Source of the DNA: Candidatus Poribacteria bacterium
GTDB lineage: Bacteria > Poribacteria > WGA-4E > GCA-2687025
Assembly (NCBI GenBank): GCA_963665845.2
Contig: OY762492.1
Location: 320,001 to 384,000, forward strand
DNA: 64,000 bases
Reading direction: 5' to 3'
The position numbers and the translations under genes are program-made. This document shows positions 9,075 to 19,900 of this stretch, in pieces. How positions within the stretch are numbered: the first letter of the stretch is position 1; each line of letters begins with the position of its first letter. The notes under the pieces were generated by a model. That model was not told the DNA's origin. It searched no databases and was given only the letters and a program-made list of their open reading frames with translations.

Positions 9075-12000
9075 TTACGGTTTGCGGTAATACGCCTGTA
9101 TCGGGCGCGGGGTGAGTCCGCTCTCTGCGACGGCTTGGATGCCATGGACGCTCGCCTGCGCGCCCGCCAGCGTCGTGATGAGCGTGATGTTCCGCTCAAC
9201 CGCCATCGCCCGTATCTTGTTCTCATTCGGCGCGTGGCTTCCCCCGCTCGGAGTGTTGATGATCAGGTCGACCGCGTTGTTTTTCACATAATCATGGATC
9301 GTCGGGCGCCCTTTTCCGATGCTATGCACAAGCTCGACCGAAACGCCCGCTCTGGCGACGGCGCGCGCGGTGCCGTGCGTCGCAACGATGTTGAAGCCGA
9401 GGTCGCGCAGCTGACGCGCAAGAAGCGCCGCCCCCCGCTTGTCCCTGTTGCGGACGCTCATGAAGGCGGTCCCGCTGGTCGGCAGCGGATGCCCCGTTCC
9501 GATCTGCGCTTTCGCAAAGGCGCGCCCGAAGCTTGGATCGATCCCCATCACTTCGCCGGTCGATTTCATCTCTGGTCCAAGCAGCGGGTCCGCCCCAGGC
9601 AGGCGGTCGAACGGAAAGACAGGCGCCTTGACGCTGAAGTATTCTGGCGTCCTTTCCTGGGTGAAACCTAAATTCGTCAGCTTTTTTCCTGTCATGACGC
9701 GCGCCGCCAGCTTCGCCAGCGGCGTTCCGATCGCCTTGCTGACATACGGAATCGTGCGCGAGGCGCGCGGGTTCACCTCCAGCGTGTACAGATCGTCCCC
9801 CTGAAAAGCGTACTGAATGTTCATCAGCCCAATCACATTCAGCTCCCGCGCCAGAGCCAAGGTCGCCGCCCGCACCGCATCCAGCTGGTCGTCGCCGAGA
9901 GAGTACGGCGGAATGACGCAGTCGCTGTCGCCTGAATGAATCCCCGCCTCTTCGATATGCTCCATAATGCCGCCGATGACGACCGTCTCGCTGTCGCAGA
10001 CCGCGTCCACATCGATCTCAATGGCAGACTCCAGATACTTGTCGATGAGTATCGGCCTGTCGGGCGACGCCTCGACGGCGTGGCGCAGATATTCGCGCAG
10101 CTCGTCGTCTGAATGAACAATCTGCATCGCCCTTCCCCCTAAAACATAGGAGGGGCGGACAAGCGTCGGATAGCCGATGCGGGCGGCGATCCCGCGCGCC
10201 TCTTCAAACGAAACGGCGGTGTCGTTGGGCGGTTGGCGCAGTCCGCATTTGTCCAGAACCTCCTTGAAACGCTGGCGGTCTTCCGCCCTGTCGATGTTGT
10301 CAGGGTCGGTGCCGATGATCTTGGCGCCCGCTTCTTTCAGCGCGCCGGCGAGGTTCAACGGCGTTTGACCGCCAAATTGAACGATGACGCCGTCCGGATG
10401 TTCGTTTTCGATGATGTCTAAAACGCTCTCGCGCGTCAAAGGTTCAAAATAGAGGCGGTCGGAGGTGTCGTAGTCGGTGCTGACCGTCTCTGGGTTGCTG
10501 TTGACCATGATCGTCTCGTACCCGTCTTCGCGCAGGGCGAGCGCGGCATGGACGCAGCAGTAATCAAACTCGATCCCCTGTCCGATGCGGTTCGGTCCCC
10601 CGCCGAGGATGAGTATCTTGTCCCGGTCGGAAGGCGGCGCCTCGCTTTCCTCCTCGTAGGTGGAGTAGTAGTACGGCGTGTACGCCTCAAACTCTGCCGC
10701 GCATGTATCGACCAACTTATAGACGGGCTTGATCTCAAGCGACTTGCGCAGCGTTCTCACTTCCGATTCGTCCCTCTCCCAAAGGTCGGCGAGCTGTCGA
10801 TCTCCAAAGCCGAGGCGTTTCAGCCGAAGCAGCTCCCCCCGCTGTTTCTCTTTGCGGGAGCCGCTTTGAAAAAACAGATCTTTCTTTTCTACGGCGGCGC
10901 GCTCCGCCTCCACCAGCTCCTGGATGTTGTGTAAAAAGAACGGGTCAATGCGCGTGTGCGTATGAATCTGCTCCACCGACATGCCTTTTTGAAACGCCTG
11001 CTTGATGAAAAAAAGCCGCTCCGCGTTCGGCACATTCAGCTTGCCGGGCAGCTCCGACACCGGCAGGTCGGCGACAGGCGGATTGCTCAAACCTGTCCAG
11101 CCGGTCTCCATGGAGCGCAGCGCTTTTTGCAGCGATTCCTTGAACGAACGCCCGATCGACATCGCTTCCCCGACCGACTTCATGGAGGTGGTTAAGGTGG
11201 CGTCCACATTCGGAAACTTTTCAAACGCCCAGCGCGGAACCTTCGTAACAACATAATCGATGGTCGGCTCAAACGACGCGGGCGTTTGACGGGTGATGTC
11301 GTTCGGTATCTCGTCCAGCGTATAGCCGACGGCGAGCTTCGCGGCGATCTTGGCGATCGGAAACCCTGTCGCCTTGGAGGCGAGCGCGGAGGAGCGGGAG
11401 ACGCGCGGGTTCATCTCAATGACAACCTGCCGCCCGTCTTCAGGGTTGACGGCAAACTGAATGTTGGAGCCGCCCGTGTCGACGCCGATTTCGCGTATGA
11501 TGCGGATGGAGGCGTCGCGCATCTGCTGATATTCTTTGTCGGTGAGCGTCTGCGCCGGCGCGACCGTGACGCTGTCGCCCGTATGCAGACCCATCGGATC
11601 GATGTTCTCGATGGAGCAGATGATGACCACATTGTCGGCGGCGTCGCGCATCACCTCCAGCTCGTATTCTTTCCAGCCGATAACGCTTTCTTCCACAAGC
11701 GTTTCGTTGGCGGGGCTGATGCGCAAGCCGTCCGCAATCATCTCGCGGTACTCTTCGATGTTGTAGGCGATGCCGCCGCCTTTTCCGCTGAGCGTGAAAC
11801 CAGGGCGCAGAATGAGCGGAAAGGGTATCTCGTTCAGCGCGTCCATCGCCTCGTCCAGCGAGCGCACAACGCGGCTTTTCGGCAGCTGCATGCCGATGTT
11901 CAGCATCGCCTGTTTGAAAAGCAATCGGCTCTCCGCTTTTTGAATAGCGGGCAGCTTCGCCCCAATCAGCTCTACGCCATGGCGGTCCAGTACGCCTGAT

Positions 12001-12311
12001 TCCGCCAGCTGGACGGCGAGGTTCAACCCTGTCTGTCCGCCGAGCGTCGGCAGCAGCGCGTCCGGCTTCTCCGCTTCAATCACCTGCTCAAGCGTCTCGG
12101 CGGTGAGCGGCTCAATGTAGGTTCGGTCCGCCATTTCAGGGTCCGTCATGATGGTCGCCGGGTTGTTGTTGACAAGCGCGATCTGATACCCGTCCTCGCG
12201 CAGCGCCTTGCATGCCTGCGAGCCTGAATAGTCGAACTCGCACGCCTGCCCGATGACGATCGGCCCCGACCCGATGAGCAGTATTTTATGGATGTCGTCG
12301 CGTTTCGGCAT
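9075..12311 (-). CDS. carB: Carbamoyl-phosphate synthase large subunit
   Basis: [30 protein letters not shown]; duplicated ATP-grasp domains; MGS tail. Confidence 0.98.
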   Translation of the reverse strand: MPKRDDIHKILLIGSGPIVIGQACEFDYSGSQACKALREDGYQIALVNNNPATIMTDPEMADRTYIEPLTAETLEQVIEAEKPDALLPTLGGQTGLNLAVQLAESGVLDRHGVELIGAKLPAIQKAESRLLFKQAMLNIGMQLPKSRVVRSLDEAMDALNEIPFPLILRPGFTLSGKGGGIAYNIEEYREMIADGLRISPANETLVEESVIGWKEYELEVMRDAADNVVIICSIENIDPMGLHTGDSVTVAPAQTLTDKEYQQMRDASIRIIREIGVDTGGSNIQFAVNPEDGRQVVIEMNPRVSRSSALASKATGFPIAKIAAKLAVGYTLDEIPNDITRQTPASFEPTIDYVVTKVPRWAFEKFPNVDATLTTSMKSVGEAMSIGRSFKESLQKALRSMETGWTGLSNPPVADLPVSELPGKLNVPNAERLFFIKQAFQKGMSVEQIHTHTRIDPFFLHNIQELVEAERAAVEKKDLFFQSGSRKEKQRGELLRLKRLGFGDRQLADLWERDESEVRTLRKSLEIKPVYKLVDTCAAEFEAYTPYYYSTYEEESEAPPSDRDKILILGGGPNRIGQGIEFDYCCVHAALALREDGYETIMVNSNPETVSTDYDTSDRLYFEPLTRESVLDIIENEHPDGVIVQFGGQTPLNLAGALKEAGAKIIGTDPDNIDRAEDRQRFKEVLDKCGLRQPPNDTAVSFEEARGIAARIGYPTLVRPSYVLGGRAMQIVHSDDELREYLRHAVEASPDRPILIDKYLESAIEIDVDAVCDSETVVIGGIMEHIEEAGIHSGDSDCVIPPYSLGDDQLDAVRAATLALARELNVIGLMNIQYAFQGDDLYTLEVNPRASRTIPYVSKAIGTPLAKLAARVMTGKKLTNLGFTQERTPEYFSVKAPVFPFDRLPGADPLLGPEMKSTGEVMGIDPSFGRAFAKAQIGTGHPLPTSGTAFMSVRNRDKRGAALLARQLRDLGFNIVATHGTARAVARAGVSVELVHSIGKGRPTIHDYVKNNAVDLIINTPSGGSHAPNENKIRAMAVERNITLITTLAGAQASVHGIQAVAESGLTPRPIQAYYRKP

Positions 12312-12348
12312 ATCGTCTTTGCCGCCTCTCTGGTAGTCAGCTTATGTC

Positions 12349-12425
12349 GTCATTCCCGCGTAAGCGGGAATCTTAGCCGTCATTCCCGCCCTCAACTCGT
12401 CATTCCCGCGTAAGCGGGAATCTTA
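12349..12425. repeat. Cluster of two full and one half REP-1 palindromes between carA and carB
   Basis: gtcattcccgcgtaagcgggaatctta occurs twice, plus gtcattcccgc. Confidence 0.85.
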
Positions 12426-12506
12426 AAAGAAACATCTCTCGATCAACGCCATCGCCGTCCATAACTCTGTTTAAACGTACTGCCGCCTCTCGTTTGCGTC
12501 TTGGCG

Positions 12507-13598
12507 TTACCGCCGCTGGTCTTTCATCATATCGACAAACCGCTGAAACAGGTAAGCGGCGTCATGCGGTCCGGGCGAGGCTTCGGGATGGTACTGTACC
12601 GAAAAAAGCGGATAGTCCCGGTGCCGAAGCCCCTCCAGCGTCCCGTCGTTCAGATTGATATGAGTCGTCTCAACGTTCGTATGTTTCAGCGAGTCGGGAT
12701 CGATGCAGAAGCTGTGGTTTTGGGAGGTGATCTCAACCTGCCCCGTGTCGAGCCGCCGCACCGGCTGATTGGCGCCCCGATGTCCAAATTTCATTTTAAA
12801 GCGCGTCCCTCCCATCGCCAGACCGAGCAGCTGATGCCCAAGGCAGATGCCGAAGACAGGTACTTTTCCGATCAGCTGGCGTATCTCCTCGATGGCGTAT
12901 TGAACGGCGCCGGGGTCGCCCGGCCCGTTCGATAAAAAGACGCCGTCCGGTTTCATTTTCAATAGATCGCTTGCCGAATAGGCGGCGGGGACAGCGATCA
13001 CTTCGCACCCATGCTGCGTCAGCATGCGGGCGATGTTGCGCTTCATTCCGTAGTCGTACGCCGCGACGCGAAACGGCTGTTCGCTGTCGCTTTTTTCCCA
13101 GACTTTCGGGCTGTCCAGGGTAACGCTCCGCGCAAGGTCGGCGCCTTCAAGCCCTGCAAATCGACGCGCCCGCTCCACCAGCGCCGAGGGATCCGAAACC
13201 TCTGTCGACACGACAGCGCGCAGTTCGCCGCCGCCGCGTATTTTGCGCGTCAAGGCGCGCGTGTCGATGCCTTGAATGCCGAGGACGCCGTGTTCCTCCA
13301 TGAACTCGCCGAGGCTGCGCCGCGCGCGCCAGTTGCTGTAATGCGCCGTGTATTCGCGCACCACGAAACCTTCGACATGTATTTTTTCCGACTCGTTGTC
13401 ATCGTCCGGCGCGCCGTAGTTGCCGATGAGCGGGTAGGTCATCACCAGAATCTGTCCGGCGTAGGACGGGTCGGTCAACGCCTCCTGGTAGCCGGTCATG
13501 CTGGTGTTGAAGACCAGCTCCCCTTCGCCGGTTCCGGCGGCTCCGAACGCTTGTCCGCGCCATACGGTTCCATCTTCGAGAGCGAGCAGAGCGTCCAT
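12507..13598 (-). CDS. carA: Carbamoyl-phosphate synthase small subunit; start moved to MDALLALEDG
   Basis: GELVFNTSMTGYQE, LSNGPGDP, GICLGHQ, QYHPEASPGPHD. Confidence 0.97.
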   Translation of the reverse strand: MDALLALEDGTVWRGQAFGAAGTGEGELVFNTSMTGYQEALTDPSYAGQILVMTYPLIGNYGAPDDDNESEKIHVEGFVVREYTAHYSNWRARRSLGEFMEEHGVLGIQGIDTRALTRKIRGGGELRAVVSTEVSDPSALVERARRFAGLEGADLARSVTLDSPKVWEKSDSEQPFRVAAYDYGMKRNIARMLTQHGCEVIAVPAAYSASDLLKMKPDGVFLSNGPGDPGAVQYAIEEIRQLIGKVPVFGICLGHQLLGLAMGGTRFKMKFGHRGANQPVRRLDTGQVEITSQNHSFCIDPDSLKHTNVETTHINLNDGTLEGLRHRDYPLFSVQYHPEASPGPHDAAYLFQRFVDMMKDQRR

Positions 13599-13600
13599 AT

Positions 13601-14878
13601 TCAGCTCCTTTGAAAGAGGGCGGTTCCGCGCCGTACGGTCAAGACAGGCCAACCGCGCAGGCGCAAGCCCATAAAAGGCGTGTTGCCGCTTTTTGAAAAA
13701 ATCTCATTGCCGCTGACAGCAATCTCTAAATGCGGATCGATGACGGCGATGTCCGCCGGCGCGCCAACCGCCAGAGACGGAACCGGCAGCCGCAGGATCT
13801 CCGCCGGCGCCCGCGTCATCTTGTCGACCGCCTCAACGGCGCTCATCTTTCCTTTTAGCACGAGATGCGTCCAGACAAGCGGAACGCACAACTCCAGACC
13901 GATGACGCCAAACGGCGCCTCCAGAAGCCCGCGCGCCTTCTCGTCGGGAGAATGCGGCGCATGGTCGGTCGCAATCGCGTCGATGGCGCCGTCCGCCAGC
14001 CCTTCGATGAGCGCGTCCATGTCGTCCCGCGTCCGCAGGGGCGGATTCATCTTCGCGTCCGCGCCGTGCGTCAAGACGGCGGAGTCGTCCAGCGCGAAGT
14101 GGTGCGGGCATGCCTCCGCAGTCATGTTCGCGCCGAGCGCCTTCGCCCGGCGAACGATCTCAACCCCCGCCCGCGTCGTGAGATGCTGTATATGCAGACG
14201 CCCGCCCGTTTCCAGACAGAGCCGCGCGTCGCGCGCTATGACCGCCTCCTCGGCGGAGGGCGGGATGCCTGGGACGCCGAGCGTTTTTGCAGTTTCGCCG
14301 CTGTGGATGACGCCGTCGCCGGCGATGAGCGGGTCTTCGCAGTGGACGAGTACGGGAAAGCCGCGCCGAGCGCTTTTTTTCAAGAGGCGGCGCATGATCC
14401 GTTCATCCATGGCGCTTTTGCCGTCGTCTGAAAAGGCGCAGACGCCGGCTTTCAGCAGCGCGTCGTACGGCGCCGGCTGTTCGCCGTTGATGCCGAGCGT
14501 GATGGCGCCTACGGTATGAATATCGACAGGGCAGCGCGTCTCGGCGCGTTTCAAAAGGTCCTGTATCAATACAGGCGAATCGAGCGCCGGGTCCGTGTTT
14601 GCCATACAGACCGCCCGCGTGAAACCGCCTGCCGCGGCGGCGCGCCCGCCCGTTTCAAGCGTCTCCTTGTGCGTCTGTCCAGGGTCGCGCAGATGAACAT
14701 GCATATCGATGAGGCTGGGCGTTACGAGCATTCCGTCGGCGTTGAAGGTTTCCTCGCCGTTCAGGGAGAGGCCGCGTCCGATCTCGGCGATCTTTTCCCC
14801 GCGCAGTCGAATATCCAGCCCTGTTTCGAGTCGACCGCCCGGCAAAACGAGATCGCCGTTCTTGATCAGCAGGCTCAT
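13601..14878 (-). CDS. pyrC: Dihydroorotase (type I)
   Basis: [32 protein letters not shown]. Confidence 0.93.
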   Translation of the reverse strand: MSLLIKNGDLVLPGGRLETGLDIRLRGEKIAEIGRGLSLNGEETFNADGMLVTPSLIDMHVHLRDPGQTHKETLETGGRAAAAGGFTRAVCMANTDPALDSPVLIQDLLKRAETRCPVDIHTVGAITLGINGEQPAPYDALLKAGVCAFSDDGKSAMDERIMRRLLKKSARRGFPVLVHCEDPLIAGDGVIHSGETAKTLGVPGIPPSAEEAVIARDARLCLETGGRLHIQHLTTRAGVEIVRRAKALGANMTAEACPHHFALDDSAVLTHGADAKMNPPLRTRDDMDALIEGLADGAIDAIATDHAPHSPDEKARGLLEAPFGVIGLELCVPLVWTHLVLKGKMSAVEAVDKMTRAPAEILRLPVPSLAVGAPADIAVIDPHLEIAVSGNEIFSKSGNTPFMGLRLRGWPVLTVRRGTALFQRS

Positions 14879-15432
14879 TCGTCCGCCTCTTCGCATATCG
14901 TCACGGCGTCCCGCCCATCCTTTTCTTCGATGGCGACGACGACCGTTTCGCGTTTGGAGGTGGGTATGTTTTTACCGACATAATCGGCGGCGATCGGAAG
15001 CTCGCGGTGTCCGCGGTCAATGAGCGCGGCAAGCTGAACGCGGGCGGGGCGTCCAAAGTGGGTCAAGGCGTCCAGCGCGGCGCGTATCGTCCGCCCTGTG
15101 TATAACACATCGTCCACCAAGACGACGCGCATTCCGTCGATGGCAAAGTCGATGCTGGTGCGGCTTCCGGCGAGCGCTTGACGGTTGAACAGATTCAGGT
15201 CGTCTCGATGCAGAGTGATGTCGATGGCGCCGACCGGCGGCTCCAGCGGTTCAATGGAGGCGATGTTGGCGGCGATGCGCCGCGCCAGCGCGTCCCCGCG
15301 CGAATGGATGCCGATGAACGCGAGCTGTTGAACGCCGCGGTTGCGTTCGCATATTTCATGGGCGATGCGGATCAGCGCCCTGCGCATCTCTTCGGCGGTC
15401 ATGACCAGCGCTTTTTCGATCTGCTTACTCAT
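14875..15432 (-). CDS. pyrR: Pyrimidine regulator / uracil phosphoribosyltransferase PyrR
   Basis: [44 protein letters not shown]. Confidence 0.96.
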   Translation of the reverse strand: MSKQIEKALVMTAEEMRRALIRIAHEICERNRGVQQLAFIGIHSRGDALARRIAANIASIEPLEPPVGAIDITLHRDDLNLFNRQALAGSRTSIDFAIDGMRVVLVDDVLYTGRTIRAALDALTHFGRPARVQLAALIDRGHRELPIAADYVGKNIPTSKRETVVVAIEEKDGRDAVTICEEADE

Positions 15433-16033
15433 TTTCGTAGGTTCCGCTGCGGAGCTGTTCCAGTCGGCGGGCTAGCTCTTCAAACAGCTTTTGCGCGGCG
15501 GGGAGCGCGTTGATGTCGCTCAGTTCGCGCGCGTTTGTCCAAAAATCTTCAAGGCGGCGGGAGCCGGACGCTTCATATTCGTACGCCTGCAAGAGCGTTT
15601 CCAGCTTGTCGGCGGCATGGACGACGGCGCTTTCAAGCGTCCCGCCCTGTTCATATTCGTCCAACAGCGCCCGATACCGCCCGCCGAGGATGCCCATCGG
15701 CGAAAGGAGCGCGTCGGCCGCTTCCGCTTCTATTTTCGCTTTGAAACCGCGCGGAAAGCGTCTGGAGACTGGCTTCGGTATGTCGCCCGTTTTCGCCTCG
15801 GCGATGTCATGCAAGAGAGCCATGCGGATCGCTTTTTCGGCGTCAAGGGGGGTTCCGTTGTCGGCGATCCAGTCGGCGAGAACCATGGCGAGAACGGCGA
15901 CCCGATAAGAATGGTCGGCGACGCTTTCGGCGCTGCGGACGCCTCTAAGCGGCCATCCGACGCGGGGGAGGTCTTTCAACGCGCCGAGCGCGCGCAGAAA
16001 GTCGACGATCTGTTGGGGCGTCGGCGCAGACAT
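15425..16033 (-). CDS. HD-domain hydrolase (YfbR/HDDC2-like 5'-deoxynucleotidase)
   Basis: [33 protein letters not shown]. Confidence 0.8.
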   Translation of the reverse strand: MSAPTPQQIVDFLRALGALKDLPRVGWPLRGVRSAESVADHSYRVAVLAMVLADWIADNGTPLDAEKAIRMALLHDIAEAKTGDIPKPVSRRFPRGFKAKIEAEAADALLSPMGILGGRYRALLDEYEQGGTLESAVVHAADKLETLLQAYEYEASGSRRLEDFWTNARELSDINALPAAQKLFEELARRLEQLRSGTYENE

Positions 16034-16046
16034 GGCTCCTTCTTCC

Positions 16047-16079
16047 GCCTTTCTAGCCTCGCTGGACTCGATTAAAGGC
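16047..16079 (-). promoter_or_regulatory. PyrR-binding RNA loop
   Basis: Minus strand reads GCCTTTAATCG-AGTCCAGCGAGGCT-AGAAAGGC, an exact fit to UUUAA plus ARUCCNGNGAGGYU, closed by a GCCTTT/AAAGGC stem, ahead of the pyr operon. Confidence 0.88.
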
Positions 16080-16096
16080 TGACGCTTCGACTAAAT

Positions 16097-16125
16097 AGTC
16101 TAGCATGGGGAGCCGTTGAAGGCAA
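16097..16125 (-). promoter_or_regulatory. Sigma70-like promoter of the HD-pyrR operon
   Basis: TTGCCT-N17-TAGACT with an extended -10 (TGc). Confidence 0.6.
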
Positions 16126-16137
16126 GCGGCGCGACGC

Positions 16138-16185
16138 TGACCTTACCGCTTTAGTTGGGACATTCCGATTGGCGAACGCGGAAGC
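16138..16185 (+). mobile_element. Truncated MITE-A left end
   Basis: ctgaccttaccgctttagttgggacattccgattggcgaacgcgga aligns with 5623-5668. Confidence 0.6.
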
Positions 16186-16231
16186 GGAGAACGGCCGCCC
16201 TATGACAGCGGATAGGGCGCGGATTTCCCCC

Positions 16232-16301
16232 CTGCCCTTAAAAAGGGAACGAGGCGCGCAGCCGATTCGTTGTTGCAATGCGAAGCAGAATGCGGTAACA
16301 T
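16232..16301 (+). promoter_or_regulatory. ~70-bp promoter block, copy 1 (TTGCAA-N17-TAACAT)
   Basis: Near-identical to 16860-16930. Confidence 0.65.
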
Positions 16302-16344
16302 GCTTATCAGATGGGCGTACCTTAATGAGAAAGGACGAAGGAAC

Positions 16345-16707
16345 ATGGCGCAACAGCCCCAAAACGATACCGAACTCTCCGTTGTGAAAGCGGAGCTCCA
16401 AACCGACATCCACGCGGTGGCAAAGTCGGTCCATAAAGTTGCCGAAGATCAGGTCGGGATCTCCAACCAGATCGACACGCTCAAAATCTTGATGGTCGCG
16501 AAATTTGCGCGGGTGGACGGCGACATTGACGCGTTCAAAACCGAATTCATCGCGTTCAAAACTGAGGTGGTTGAACGATTTGAACGGGTTGAGGGCGACG
16601 TCGCGGCAGTAAAGGGCGACGTCGCGGCAGTAAAAGCCGCCCTTGTCTTGATCGCAGAAGCGCTCGGCATTGGCGACGCGGTGCGCCAGCTGCTTACCCC
16701 GCAGTAA
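16345..16707 (+). CDS. 120-aa heptad-repeat coiled-coil protein; start moved to MAQQPQ
   Basis: GAAGGA RBS; AFKTEFIAFKTE and VEGDVAAVKGDVAAVK are encoded by 21-bp tandem repeats. Confidence 0.65.
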   Translation: MAQQPQNDTELSVVKAELQTDIHAVAKSVHKVAEDQVGISNQIDTLKILMVAKFARVDGDIDAFKTEFIAFKTEVVERFERVEGDVAAVKGDVAAVKAALVLIAEALGIGDAVRQLLTPQ

Positions 16708-16765
16708 ACCGCGCCGGAATCCAGAGTTCAGCCAAAGACGGCCAACCCCGCGGAAACCTGCCCTG

Positions 16766-16876
16766 CCGCCCTTTTCAAGGGCGGAAACCCCCCCTGCCCC
16801 CCTTTTCAAGGGGGAGTCCAGAAAATCCCCCCAGCTGCCCTTTTCAAGGGGGAGTCCCACTGCCCTTTAAAAAGGG
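16766..16876. repeat. Cluster of CCCCTTTTCAAGGGG hairpins (family REP-2); also at ~5601-5616, 23855-23873 and 31459-31475
   Basis: Three to four copies of the short palindrome in tandem, read directly. Confidence 0.75.
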
Positions 16877-16930
16877 AACGAGGCGCGCAGCCGATTCGTT
16901 ATTGCAATGCGGAGCGCCATGCGGTAACAT
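16860..16930 (+). promoter_or_regulatory. ~70-bp promoter block, copy 2 (TTGCAA-N17-TAACAT), upstream of the WD40 gene
   Basis: Near-identical to 16232-16301. Confidence 0.65.
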
Positions 16931-16974
16931 AGATTTTCATGGAGCGGCGTTTCAGTCCATTTTGGAGAACGGAC

Positions 16975-19900
16975 ATGGCAGACACGAGAACGAACACAGC
17001 GCGGCGGACAGCAAGCATTTTCACGATACTTTTGGCGGCAACATTCTTACTCGTCAGCGGAAGGGCGCAAGGGCAGACCGGGGCTCCGTCTTACCCATTG
17101 ACATTGACAGGGCATGCAAACAATGTCAATTCGGTCGCATGGTCGCCGGACGGAACGAAGATCGTCAGCGGCAGCAACGACAACAAGATCAAGATCTGGA
17201 ACGCCGCCACCGGCGCGCTCATCCGAACGCTGACAATGCATACAGACAATGTCAATTCGGTTGCGTTCAACCATGACGGCACAAGAATCGCCAGCGGCAG
17301 CGACGATGACGATGTCAAGGTCTGGAACGTCTCCGACGGCTCCGTCGCCAACACGGAGACAGGGCATAGCGGCGATGTTACTTCTGTCGCGTTCAACCAT
17401 GACGGAACGGTGATCGCGAGCGGCAGCAAAGACGACTCTATCAAGCTTTGGAATCTCACCGTCTCTATTACAAACACATATAATTATAACGATGACGTTG
17501 CGGATTTTTTATCCGTCGCGTTCAACCATGACGGGACGAGACTCGCCTTCGGGAACGCCAACAACTCCCTCAGAATCGAGAGAATCGAGGGAGGTAGAGC
17601 CCCTTACAACGTTTTACATACGCTGTCAGCGAATACGGTCGCTTCTGTGGCGTACAACCATGACGGAACGCGGCTGGTTAGCGGCAGCGCCGGCACAGGC
17701 GCCGCCAATCAAACGGTCAAGATCTGGGATATGTCGGCAACTACGCCGACCGCCTTGCATACGCTGACGCATGGGAGTGCCGTTAATTCGGTCGCCTTTT
17801 CGCCGGACGGAACGCTGATCGCCAGCGGCGGCGACGACGACACGATCAAGGTGTGGCATGCCGCCAGCGGCGCGCTCATCAAAACGCTGACAGAGTCTAC
17901 GGACAATGTCAATTCGGTCGCCTTTTCGCCGGACGGGACGAAGATCGCCAGCGGCAGCGACGACAACGCCATCAGGATCTGGAAAACCCCCTTGCCGACC
18001 GACCCGCATTCAGGCGATGTCCTTTCGGTTGCATGGTCGCCGGACGGGACGAAGCTGGTCACCGGAAGCGCCGACAACACGGTCAAGATCTGGACCGACA
18101 CAACCGCCCCTGTCAAGACGCTGTACGGCCATACCGGCGCTGTCTATTCGGCCGCGTTCAACGATGACGGAACGAGAATTGCCAGCGGCAGCGGCGACAA
18201 CTCCATCCATATCTGGAACGCTTCCACCGGGGCGCTTGACTTCGACGGGCCGGCGGGCAGCTATGCGATCAACTCTGTAGCGTGGCGGTCGGACAAAACG
18301 ACGAACGTAACGGCCGTCATCAGCGCGAACGGCAACCTCGACGTTGCGTTCTGGAACGCCTCCACCGGCTTGTCTGTCCGCGCAGGGCTGACTGGAGCGG
18401 GCTATGAAGCGACGCTCAACCATGACAAAACGCAATTCGCCGGCTCCGTCGTAAACGGCATTAAGATCTGGAATATACCTGCGGATTTAGCCACAGCCGC
18501 GCCCACACAACAGGGCAGCGATCTGTCGGTGAACGCCGTTAGCCATACGGCGTTCAATCATGACGGAACGCGGCTTGTCAGCGGAAGCTCCGGCACAGAC
18601 GCCGCAAACCAAAAGGTCAAGATCTGGGATATTTCATCTACGCCCTTCGTCTTGCATGATCTAGTGCATGGGGGTATAGTGTTTGCGGTCGACTTTTCGC
18701 CGGACGGGACGAAGGTTGCCAGCGGCGGCGCCGACAGCAACATCAAGATCTGGAACGCCGCCGACGGGACGCTCATCCGAACGATCGATGGTCATACAGC
18801 GGCTGTCAATTCGGTCGCCTTTTCGCCGGACGGAACGAAGCTCGCCAGCGGCTCCGATGACGATACGGTTCGCCTGTGGAACGTAGCGACCGGGGAGCAG
18901 ATTGCCGAGCCGCTCAGCCCGACCGAGCCGCCTGTCGTCATTGACCCGTATCGTACCAACATCGAATCGCTCCGCTTTTCCGCCGATTTAACGAAGCTGA
19001 TCACCGCGCGCCTCGCTGGGTATGCGGACATCTGGAATCTGGATCTGACAAAGAAAACCGCCGTCTTGTCGAAGCCGTTGAAGCAGGGGCAGCACTGGGT
19101 GTTGGACGCCGATCTGTCCCCCGACGGCAAGCAGATTGTCAGCGCCGGCTCGAATATCGTCCTCCAGATTTCGGACGCCGAAACCGGCCTGATTGCCCAT
19201 ACGCTCAAGGGTCATACCGACTGGACGACCGCCGCCGCTTATTCTCCCGACGGCAGCCTGATCGCCAGCGGCTCTCAAGACAAAACGGCGCGCCTTTGGA
19301 ACGCCAAGACCGGCGCCCTTGTTCATACGCTGGAGGGTCATACCGGTACCGTCGGCGCCGTCGTCTTCTCCTCTGACGGCGCCTTGCTGGCGACCGTCTC
19401 TGAAGACAACACGGCTCGCGTCTGGAATGTGTCGACCGGCGCGCTTGTCCATACGTTGACGGGGCATACCGCCGCTGTCGGCTCCGCCGCCTTCTCTCCC
19501 GCCGGCAATATGTTGGCGACCGTGTCGGACGATGGAACGGCGCGCTTATATAACGTATCGACGGGCGCGCTTGTCCATACGTTGGAAGGGCATACCGGCG
19601 CGGCGACCGCGGTTGTCTTTTCGCCGAGCGGCGCTTCGCTCGTCACGGGCGACGACGGCGGGACGCGGCGCGTCTGGAGCGTCGGGACGGGCGAACTTCA
19701 AACGACATTAGGAGAGGCAACCGACCCGATCACTACAGGCTTCCTGACCGATCCCGGCAATAGCCGGCACCGCGGCTCCGTCCGCGCTTTGACGTTCACG
19801 GCGGACGGCAAAACGCTCATCAGCTGCGGCTCCTGGGTGGACGTCTTAATGCAGGAGCTGGAGATTGGCGATCCGCCGACCGTGACGATAACAGGTCCGA

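Noticed and set aside
12349-12425. CRISPR array (also considered for 16766-16876 and the WD40 repeats)
   Set aside because: Only 2-4 palindromic units with irregular short spacers, dispersed copies elsewhere and no cas genes; the WD40 repeats are coding
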